In this document: positions 49,814-57,571 of the stretch, one piece after another
Layout of the letters: every line of letters begins with the position of its first letter
Position numbering within the stretch: position 1 is the stretch's first letter
Notes under the pieces: model-generated
The model's input: only the letters and a program-made list of their open reading frames with translations
Told to the model about the DNA's origin: nothing
Database searches by the model: none
Assembly (NCBI GenBank): GCA_946187445.1
Contig: CAMHQF010000007.1
Span: forward strand, 2,581-66,580
DNA: 64,000 nt
Direction of reading: 5' to 3'
Origin: an uncultured Prevotellaceae bacterium
GTDB taxonomy: Bacteria; Bacteroidota; Bacteroidia; Bacteroidales; Bacteroidaceae
Made by a program: the position numbers and the translations under genes

Positions 49814-51735
49814 TTTCAGTTGAAGGATTGAAAGTTGAGTTTGGCGTCAAGCCATTGTTCGCGGACGTTTCGTTCGTGATAAACGAGCGTGACCGCATCG
49901 CCCTTGTAGGCAAGAACGGTGCAGGCAAATCCACCATGCTCAAAATCCTCGCTGGCATCAAGACCCCTACGGCTGGCACCGTCTCAGTACCCAATGACTG
50001 CACTATAGGCTATCTGCCTCAGGTGATGAATCTGCAGGACGACACCACCGTACGCGAGGAAACGCGAAAAGCATTTGCCGATGTCGACAAGATGAAGGCA
50101 AAGGTGGACCGACTGCAGAAAGAAATGGAGGAGCGCACCGACTACGAGAGCGACTCCTACATGGAACTGGTGGAGCGCTTTACCCTCGCCCATGAGCGAT
50201 ACCTCATGATGGGAGCCGAGAGCCGAGAGGCTGAGATGGAGCGCACCCTTATTGGTCTGGGGTTTGAGCGCACCGATTTCGACCGTCCCACGTCAGAGTT
50301 CTCAGGAGGATGGCGTATGCGCATCGAACTTGCCAAGCTCCTCCTTCACCATCATGACGTGATACTCCTTGACGAGCCCACCAACCATCTCGACATCGAA
50401 TCCATACAGTGGCTGGAACAGTTTCTGGCAAGCAGTTCGCAGGCTGTGGTGCTCGTAAGCCATGACCGCGCCTTTATAAATAATGTGACCAACCGCACTC
50501 TGGAGATATCCTGCTCGCGAGTCATCGACTATCGTGTGAAGTATGATGAGTATGTGGTTCTGCGCAAGGAGCGCCGTGAGCAGCAGCTCCGCGCCTACGA
50601 AAACCAGCAGAAGGAGATAGCCGACACCAAGGCGTTCATAGAGCGCTTCCGCTATCAGGCAACCAAGGCGGTGCAGGTGCAGCAGCGCATACGCCAGCTG
50701 GAGAAGATAGTGCCCATCGAGGTCGATGAGATTGACAACTCCGCCCTGCGCCTCAAGTTCCCCCCCTGCCTCCGTTCAGGCGACTACCCCGTCATCTGCG
50801 ATGAGGTCAAGAAAGACTATGGCGAGCACAATGTCTTTCACGATGTCACACTCACCATCAAGCGTGGCGAGAAGGTAGCCTTCGTGGGCAAGAACGGTGA
50901 GGGCAAGTCCACCCTCGTTAAGTGCATCATGGGAGAGATACCCTTTGAAGGCACACTCAAGGTAGGCCATAACATACAGATAGGCTATTTCGCCCAAAAT
51001 CAGGCACAGTTGCTCGACGAGAGTCTCACCGTCTTCCAGACCATCGACAACGTGGCACGCGGCGAGATACGCCTGCGCATAAAGGATATCCTCGGAGCCT
51101 TCATGTTCGGAGGCGAGGAGAGCGACAAATACGTCAAGTTCCTCTCAGGAGGCGAACGCTCACGCCTCGCCATGATACGCCTGTTGCTCGAGCCCGTCAA
51201 CTTCCTCATACTTGACGAGCCCACCAACCACCTCGACATGATGAGCAAAGACGTGCTCAAGGAAGCCATCAAGGCATTCGACGGCACCGTCATCGTAGTA
51301 TCCCACGACCGTGAGTTCCTCGATGGACTCGTTGACAAGGTCTATGAATTTGGCGGAGGCACAGTACGCGAGCACCTCGGTGGCATATACGATTACCTGC
51401 GCACTAAGAATGCGCAGACCATCAATGAGGCAATAAACAAAGACTCACCCCTAACCCCTCTCTCGAAGAGAGTAGAACCAAATGAGCCCAAAGTCAATAA
51501 GAAGCACAAAGACAAGGGTAATACTTCCCCACCCCCAAAGAGAGAATCAAGGAGGGAGTCTAAGCGCCAAAAGCAACTCGAAGAAAAAATAGAGAAACTC
51601 GAAACACGCAAGGCAGAACTCGACAACCTCCTAATGTTGCCCGAAAACGGTGCCAACATGCAGATGGTAAACGAATATACCGACCTGCAGGCAGAACTCG
51701 AGAAACTTGAAGAAGAATACTTTAATAACATATAA
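49810..51735 (+). CDS. ABC-F family ATPase
   Basis: Two ABC domains (GKNGAGKS, FSGGW, LDEPTNHLD; GKNGEGKS, LSGGE), no TM segments, C-terminal coiled coil. Confidence 0.93.
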   Translation: MISVEGLKVEFGVKPLFADVSFVINERDRIALVGKNGAGKSTMLKILAGIKTPTAGTVSVPNDCTIGYLPQVMNLQDDTTVREETRKAFADVDKMKAKVDRLQKEMEERTDYESDSYMELVERFTLAHERYLMMGAESREAEMERTLIGLGFERTDFDRPTSEFSGGWRMRIELAKLLLHHHDVILLDEPTNHLDIESIQWLEQFLASSSQAVVLVSHDRAFINNVTNRTLEISCSRVIDYRVKYDEYVVLRKERREQQLRAYENQQKEIADTKAFIERFRYQATKAVQVQQRIRQLEKIVPIEVDEIDNSALRLKFPPCLRSGDYPVICDEVKKDYGEHNVFHDVTLTIKRGEKVAFVGKNGEGKSTLVKCIMGEIPFEGTLKVGHNIQIGYFAQNQAQLLDESLTVFQTIDNVARGEIRLRIKDILGAFMFGGEESDKYVKFLSGGERSRLAMIRLLLEPVNFLILDEPTNHLDMMSKDVLKEAIKAFDGTVIVVSHDREFLDGLVDKVYEFGGGTVREHLGGIYDYLRTKNAQTINEAINKDSPLTPLSKRVEPNEPKVNKKHKDKGNTSPPPKRESRRESKRQKQLEEKIEKLETRKAELDNLLMLPENGANMQMVNEYTDLQAELEKLEEEYFNNI

Positions 51736-51886
51736 CGAAACAGTGCTTTGCACTTACGAAACGCTTCGCTACGAAACGCACCTTAAAGGTGCTACGAAAA
51801 CTTTCGAACTCTTGAACTAGCTCGCACCAGCGAGCGTTTGAACCAGCGAAGCGACTTGAACTTTTAAACTCTTGAACTTTTGAACC
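51734..51886. repeat. Mini-hairpin / tandem repeat mosaic
   Basis: ACGAAAC-hairpin-T units x3, then TTGAAC units with AGCTCGC..GCGAGCG and AGCGAAGCG hairpins. Confidence 0.8.
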
Positions 51887-51894
51887 ATTAAGAT

Positions 51895-52818
51895 ATGCCC
51901 CTACGACTACCCGATAACCTGCCGGCAATAAAGTTGCTCGAAGACGAAAACATCTTCGTCATCGACGAGACACGCGGTCACTCACAGGACATCCGTCCCC
52001 TCAAGATCGTCGTGCTCAATCTCATGCCCCTTAAGATAACCACCGAGACAGACCTCATACGTCTGCTCTCCAACACTCCGTTGCAACTTGACATCACCTT
52101 CATGAAACTCAAGTCGCACACCTCAAAGAACACCCCTATCGAACACATGAAGCAGTTCTACATCAACTTCGAGGAACTGCGCAACCGTAAGTTTGACGGC
52201 ATGATTATCACAGGTGCTCCTGTTGAAGACAAACCCTTCGAGGACGTCACCTATTGGGATGAGATAAGCGGCATCTTCGACTGGGCTCGCACCCATGTCA
52301 CCTCCACCTTATATATATGTTGGGCAGCTCAGGCAGCACTCTACCATTTCTATGGCATCGAGAAACACATGCTGCCCAAGAAGCTCTTTGGTATCTTCCC
52401 TCAGACCATCAACCCCGACGAGGCAAACAAACCTCTCTTCCGTGGTTTCGATGACAAGTTCAATATGCCCCAGAGTCGCCACACCGAGATCAACTCCGAA
52501 GACGTGCTCGCCATCCCCGATATCACTGTCCTCGCCGAGTCGCCACTCTCAGGCATCGGCATAGCAGCAGCTCGTGAAGGCAGAGAAATCTTCGTCACTG
52601 GTCATCTGGAGTACAACCCCGACACCCTCGACACCGAGTACAAGCGCGACATGGGCAAGCGCGATGACGTCGCCATGCCCGTCAACTACTACATAGACAA
52701 CGACCCTGCTAAGGGACCCAACGTCACCTGGCGCGCCCATGCCAACCTCTTCTATCACAACTGGGTCAACTACTACATCTACCAGAAGACCCCATACGAT
52801 ATCGACAAGATAAACTGA
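51895..52818 (+). CDS. metA: Homoserine O-acyltransferase, MetA family (probably acetyl-CoA type)
   Basis: LNLMP, ITGAPVE, ICWAAQ and GH.EY motifs. Glu in GAPVE is the acetyl-type specificity residue. Confidence 0.95.
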   Translation: MPLRLPDNLPAIKLLEDENIFVIDETRGHSQDIRPLKIVVLNLMPLKITTETDLIRLLSNTPLQLDITFMKLKSHTSKNTPIEHMKQFYINFEELRNRKFDGMIITGAPVEDKPFEDVTYWDEISGIFDWARTHVTSTLYICWAAQAALYHFYGIEKHMLPKKLFGIFPQTINPDEANKPLFRGFDDKFNMPQSRHTEINSEDVLAIPDITVLAESPLSGIGIAAAREGREIFVTGHLEYNPDTLDTEYKRDMGKRDDVAMPVNYYIDNDPAKGPNVTWRAHANLFYHNWVNYYIYQKTPYDIDKIN

Positions 52819-52870
52819 TAAATATCAAGGTTACCTACTTGTGTTTGTTAATAAACGCTAAAAACGAGCA

Positions 52871-52918
52871 AACTTTCAACGTTCAACTATAAACTATCAA
52901 CTATTTTTTGTACCTTTG
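52871..52918 (+). promoter_or_regulatory. tRNA promoter: four heptamers + 12 nt + TACCTTTG
   Basis: AACTTTC AACGTTC AACTATA AACTATC aactattttttg TACCTTTG. Confidence 0.65.
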
Positions 52919-52946
52919 CACTCGCATTTGAAAAAACGCCCCGTAT

Positions 52947-53019
52947 GCACCCTTAGCTCAGTTGGTAGAGCAACTGACTCTTAATCAGTGGGTCCAGGGT
53001 TCGAATCCCTGAGGGTGTA
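52947..53019 (+). tRNA. tRNA-Lys (anticodon CTT)
   Basis: GCACCCT/AGGGTGT acceptor stem, D-arm AGCTCAGTTGGTAGAGC, ACTGA-CTCTTAA-TCAGT anticodon arm, GGTTCGAATCC T-arm. Confidence 0.97.
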
Positions 53020-53022
53020 CAA

Positions 53023-53052
53023 AGAAAAGCAACCGTAATGGTTGCTTTTCTT
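53023..53052. terminator. Bidirectional terminator
   Basis: AAGAAAAGCAACC-GTAAT-GGTTGCTTTTCTT. Confidence 0.85.
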
Positions 53053-53074
53053 GTTTTGTCAGGGTATGTTTTTA

Positions 53075-53551
53075 TTACTTTTTCTTTATTGATGCTAGCA
53101 CGGCACTGAAAATCGGTTTGTATTTAGCCTCTTCACTTTCAAGGAAACTCATCTTGCCAGTAAAATTCAGTCCATTTTCCACTATCGTGTAATAATATTG
53201 AACCACATCACCGGCAGTCATGCGAATAGTTAAGACTTTTCCATTCACAACGGGTTCATCAACCTTCCATCCCTCGTCTTTCGACTCAAAGTCCTGCTTC
53301 ATGATGCATCCCCAGTCACCAAGCGTTTCCAGGGTAGCATCTCCGTATTGGTCGGGCCACACAGAGAGCTTATGCTTGTCATCAGCCTTCCACTCGTTCA
53401 CTACACCCGGATACCAATCATCTACCACATCAGCATACTCCTTCGGATGCTGCACACTGAATTTTTCTCCGTCATAAGTTACCATTTCACTCTGAGCGCC
53501 AGCTGCAAGAGTCGATACAATCATTGAGATTGCCAGAAATAATCTTTTCAT
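53075..53551 (-). CDS. Secreted hypothetical protein (possibly PsbP/DcrB-like fold)
   Basis: Signal peptide; FSVQHP..Y start and F..VLASIK end; own TATCTTTG box. Confidence 0.7.
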   Translation of the reverse strand: MKRLFLAISMIVSTLAAGAQSEMVTYDGEKFSVQHPKEYADVVDDWYPGVVNEWKADDKHKLSVWPDQYGDATLETLGDWGCIMKQDFESKDEGWKVDEPVVNGKVLTIRMTAGDVVQYYYTIVENGLNFTGKMSFLESEEAKYKPIFSAVLASIKKK

Positions 53552-53736
53552 ATAGCTATCAGTTTAATATTGATTTATACAAAATTCAACTGCAAAGATA
53601 CAACTTTTTTTCAATAAATAGATTATATACACCCTCCCATTGCCTGGGACAACAATAAAAAAAGCCCTTCCTGCTTGCACGGACAAGAAAAAGTACGTAA
53701 CTTTGTGCCCACTAATTATCAACTATCAATTGTCAA

Positions 53737-53886
53737 TTGTCAACTTTCAACCGATTCACACATTCAGAGACATATCGGCGGGAAGAGCTGATACAAGCCA
53801 TAGAGCATGCCGTAGAGCAGTTGACACTGCCCGAACTCGAGGCATTGTACTATGACATGTCAACCAAAAACTACATCAACGCATAG
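53737..53886 (+). CDS. Small hypothetical protein, 49 aa
   Basis: TTG-started MSTFNRFTHSETYRREELIQAIEHAVEQLTLPELEALYYDMSTKNYINA*, downstream of TAACTTTG at 53698, with host-like codons. Confidence 0.6.
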   Translation: MSTFNRFTHSETYRREELIQAIEHAVEQLTLPELEALYYDMSTKNYINA

Positions 53887-53934
53887 CACCTCACGAGAGG
53901 GCCAGCGAAGCTAATCTTCAATTATTAATTTTCA

Positions 53935-54603
53935 ATGCTCACCGTCATAGTATCTCAGGAGATCAGGGACGTGTGTCCCCACTTCGTCGGAGCCTGCGTA
54001 GCAGCCACCGTCACCAACAGCCCCTACAGCGATGCGCTGTGGGCAGAGATTGACGCCCTGTGTGCCAAGTATCGCAGCAGCCTCACCACGGAGTCCCTCA
54101 AGGATCTCACCAGTATCGCCGCCACCCGTAGCATATACAAGTCATGCGGCAAGGACCCCTCACGCTACCGCCCAGCCTCCGAGGCGCTGATACGCCGCGT
54201 GCTGCAAGGCAAGGCACTCTATCAGCTCAACACCCTCGTTGACCTTGTCAATCTGGCATCAATAGCCTATGGCTACAGCATTGGCGGCTTCGATGCCGAC
54301 AAGTTCGAGGGCGACACCCTGACATTAGGCATCGGACGCGAGGGCGAACCCTACGAAGGCATCGGACGCGGCATGCTCAATATACAGGGACTGCCCGTAT
54401 ATCGTGATGCCGTCGGCGGAGTAGGCACCCCTACCAGCGACAACGAGCGCACCAAGATCACCCCATCCACCCATCATCTCGTAGTACTCATCAACGGTTA
54501 TGACGGTGATGAGCAGCGGGTAAGGGAAAATGCAGAGTATATCCAGGACTTGCTACGGAAATACTGCAATAGCGACGGAGGCACATATCACATATACCGT
54601 TAA
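53935..54603 (+). CDS. Stand-alone B3/B4 domain protein (PheRS-beta editing-like)
   Basis: GKDPSRYRPASEALIRR, NTLVDLVN..S and IGGFD motifs. Confidence 0.88.
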   Translation: MLTVIVSQEIRDVCPHFVGACVAATVTNSPYSDALWAEIDALCAKYRSSLTTESLKDLTSIAATRSIYKSCGKDPSRYRPASEALIRRVLQGKALYQLNTLVDLVNLASIAYGYSIGGFDADKFEGDTLTLGIGREGEPYEGIGRGMLNIQGLPVYRDAVGGVGTPTSDNERTKITPSTHHLVVLINGYDGDEQRVRENAEYIQDLLRKYCNSDGGTYHIYR

Positions 54604-54624
54604 CCTACCAACACCCCACTTCAA

Positions 54625-56028
54625 CTAAAAATTCCTCTTGCTGAATCGTTTTGCCATGCCTACAAGGGCTTTGAAACAACATTCTGCGAGAAAAGCAAAC
54701 AACCTGTTGCGCGTGGCAGGGCGGCCGTCATACATGCAGAATGGCACCTTATCCCATGGAAAACCGCTATCTTGTTCATAGCACTCTATCTCATTTATCA
54801 CAAGATTGTCATACGAGTCCATCCGCAGCGTCAGTCTCGTCGTTGTAGCAGGCAATGTCGTTCCCTCCCCCTGAGCAGGCAGCCCTATCGTCACTACATT
54901 GCCATGAGTACATTGGCAGCGTGTTTCATCACCATTGTCCGTCTTGACGGTGACGACCTCCAGTGCTGAGTCGCTATTCTGGTATATCACGATATGCGAA
55001 AGGCGTACGGGCCTTTGAAACAGCAAGGATACAGTAGGCAGTTTGTCCTCAGCGTCAGGAGTCCATCCCCTTGAGTGATGACACAAGTCATCAGAGAGAG
55101 AGTTTTCCGGAACCGCCAGCATGAAATCGTTCAGATACACGGCGTCACCCGACGACACTTCCACGCGTGCCGACAGCGCGAGGTTGCACGTGTTGCGGTA
55201 CCAATAGCAGCAGTCAGGGTTGGCTACCCTGGGGAAACGGTTCAGGGCACAATATCCCAACCGGCTGTAGTCGTTTTGCGTATTCTGATACCACAGCGCC
55301 TTAAACACAGGGTTCCGCCATAGCTTCAGCGACTGTGTCCTGTCGTCGCTCTTTACCCGTATGCGTTGCTTCCAGTCGTAAGGAAAACACTCCTCCTCTA
55401 TCGTGCGTCCCTCCTCCAGCAAGACGCTTGTCGGCTTTACCGGCGTATCAAAGAAATCATGCGGACCAAACCATACGCCATTATAAGCAAAACCCTTCAG
55501 GATGATGGGGCGGTAGCTCTGATTCCATTTGAGTATCTCGCCCATGCACTCGTCAAACAGCAGCGAGACACATCTGTGATCGGGATGCCTGTCCAGGTCT
55601 ATGCATATTATGAGGTCTGCCCTCTTTTCGAGCACCACGTCGCGCATGTCGTTTTTGTAGTTCTCGCGGGTATAAGCATGGTGCCTCCCCGTTCGGTCAA
55701 GGCAATACTCCCTCTCATCCCCGGCGACATACGTCTCCCTGTGCCCTGCATGCGACGTCGCCACCGCATTATCCCTCATGTCATACACATGAGTGCCCAC
55801 ATATGTGTCGCCATACCCTAAAAAAATCAGTTCATCATACCCGAACAACCCTTGTGTCTTCCTTGCCTCACTGATTCTCCGGGCGGCCCTTTCCCCCATA
55901 TAGTCACCATTCGTGCATATCAGCACCGTAGTACGCACTCCACTGTCATGAAGCAGTCCCAACACCCCACCAGCCAGATTTATCTCATCATCAGGATGGG
56001 GCACTATGATTAAAGCGGTTTCTACCAT
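54625..56028 (-). CDS. PIG-L/LmbE family deacetylase with C-terminal beta-sandwich domain
   Basis: PHPDDE, TNGD, R..EA and HPDH motifs. Start set at ATG 56028. Confidence 0.85.
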   Translation of the reverse strand: MVETALIIVPHPDDEINLAGGVLGLLHDSGVRTTVLICTNGDYMGERAARRISEARKTQGLFGYDELIFLGYGDTYVGTHVYDMRDNAVATSHAGHRETYVAGDEREYCLDRTGRHHAYTRENYKNDMRDVVLEKRADLIICIDLDRHPDHRCVSLLFDECMGEILKWNQSYRPIILKGFAYNGVWFGPHDFFDTPVKPTSVLLEEGRTIEEECFPYDWKQRIRVKSDDRTQSLKLWRNPVFKALWYQNTQNDYSRLGYCALNRFPRVANPDCCYWYRNTCNLALSARVEVSSGDAVYLNDFMLAVPENSLSDDLCHHSRGWTPDAEDKLPTVSLLFQRPVRLSHIVIYQNSDSALEVVTVKTDNGDETRCQCTHGNVVTIGLPAQGEGTTLPATTTRLTLRMDSYDNLVINEIECYEQDSGFPWDKVPFCMYDGRPATRNRLFAFLAECCFKALVGMAKRFSKRNF

Positions 56029-56059
56029 GCCGACAGCACTATGGTTTACGATTTCGTTT

Positions 56060-57133
56060 TTAGAAGAAGTCAAAGAAGTAGATGACGGCAACCTTGTTCG
56101 CATCCCTCATATTAGTCACGCGACCGATATACGATCCGCCTTTATATACATCGCCATTTGACTTCACCTCGCCTACTCGGCTACCGCCGATATAGACGTC
56201 GCCCGAACTAACCTTGCCTATGTATCTGCCGTCCTTGTAAATCTCGTTACCGCTTATCTTGCCCTTGTAGCTGCCACCCACATAAATCTCGTTGCCCGAG
56301 AACTTACCCTTGTAGCTGCCACCCATATACACCTCATCGTTAGACTTTATCTCGCCAAACCTGCTGCCGCCGCGCCATAGTTCCATACTGCTGTTAGAAC
56401 TGCTGCTACTGCTGCTCGAACTACTGCTTGCAGCCCTCGCAGCAGCCTCCTGACGAGCCTTGGCAGCCGCCAGGTCACGCTGTTTCTTAGCCTCTTTCCA
56501 CTCAGTTATCTGTTTCTCAGAGATCAGCGACCCATGAAAAGTGAAAGCCACGAGCAAGGGGCTCACATGTGCGTCAAAGCCACCTATCGTAGTGCCGTAG
56601 CTATAGGCGCTCAGCATATTCACCTCGCCTATTATCTCGCCATTTCTCACCACCTTGTTGGTCTGCGGATTAAGCTTTATCGTTCCCAGGTTGGGCGATA
56701 CGATGGTGCCGTCATTGCTCATCTGTCCCACGTCAGTACCCTTCTTGCTCTTCCATTTACCCGTAGCAGGGTCGAGTTTGTAGGTCACCTTCTGACCCGC
56801 AAACTCACCTTCATCGTAAGTCTGATTGAATGTGATTACAAGAGCTACGGGGTCCCACATACCTATCTGCGTACCCTTCCACTTTATGGCTACTGGTGCC
56901 GTACCCTCAGCTGCAGGTTGTGGTATTGTTGGCGTGATGCTGGCCATCACTGCCTTTATCGAATCACGTTTGTGCTGGCGTATCTTCTCTTCCTTTTCCT
57001 GCCGTGTCTCCACGCCAACAGCCTTACGCACCTTTTGGGTCAGTTTACCAAGTCCGAACTGTGCATCAGCTGGTGTGCTGCATGCAAACATGGCAGCTAA
57101 TGCCATCACTGCAAAAGTTGTTCTACGTTTCAC
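56060..57133 (-). CDS. Secreted protein with Gly-rich beta-hairpin repeats and a Ser linker
   Basis: Signal peptide, poly-Ser linker, repeated IY.GGSY.GK.SG units. Confidence 0.75.
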   Translation of the reverse strand: MKRRTTFAVMALAAMFACSTPADAQFGLGKLTQKVRKAVGVETRQEKEEKIRQHKRDSIKAVMASITPTIPQPAAEGTAPVAIKWKGTQIGMWDPVALVITFNQTYDEGEFAGQKVTYKLDPATGKWKSKKGTDVGQMSNDGTIVSPNLGTIKLNPQTNKVVRNGEIIGEVNMLSAYSYGTTIGGFDAHVSPLLVAFTFHGSLISEKQITEWKEAKKQRDLAAAKARQEAAARAASSSSSSSSSSSNSSMELWRGGSRFGEIKSNDEVYMGGSYKGKFSGNEIYVGGSYKGKISGNEIYKDGRYIGKVSSGDVYIGGSRVGEVKSNGDVYKGGSYIGRVTNMRDANKVAVIYFFDFF

Positions 57134-57286
57134 GAAAATCTATAATTGTTAAGTCAATATTATTCTTTGGTGAGCAAAAAATTGATTAAGCGAGGGCAGA
57201 GAACCTGCTCTCTATGCCGAGCGTGAAATTTTTATGCAAAGGTACGATATTTCCGCAAAATACACAACATTTTGCATCGCGTTTGG

Positions 57287-57368
57287 AAAACATATCCTTT
57301 TAGGGGCTAAAAGTTATCCTTTTAAGGGCTAAAACATATCCTTTTAGAGGCCAAAAGGATATGTTTTA
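57287..57368. repeat. 22-bp-period repeat (three direct units + one inverted)
   Basis: AAAACATATCCTTTT-like units at 57287, 57309 and 57331; inverted AAAAGGATATGTTTT at 57353. Confidence 0.85.
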
Positions 57369-57571
57369 GTAACTGTCTCTATTTGTGATGGTTAGCACGC
57401 TGTCTTCAACACTTGGCTTTTTGCATTGCCGAACCTTTTATGCTCCTCATTAACGTCTATTTCATAACAATATGGATTGCCATTATTGCCAACAGTGATA
57501 CACACACAATAGTTTTCTCGTATTTCTTTATAAATATTGGAATTAATGCCACTAATTTGCTGACAATTTTA

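Noticed and set aside
51722-51928. 68-aa minus-strand ORF
   Set aside because: Translation of the hairpin/tandem repeat mosaic.
53640-53855. 71-aa ORF in the supplied track
   Set aside because: It spans the promoter box and heptamer array; the overlapping 53737-53886 frame is more protein-like.
57392-57568. Open frame continuing after the caspase gene (possible read-through)
   Set aside because: Two consecutive TAA stops precede it and it has no ATG start.
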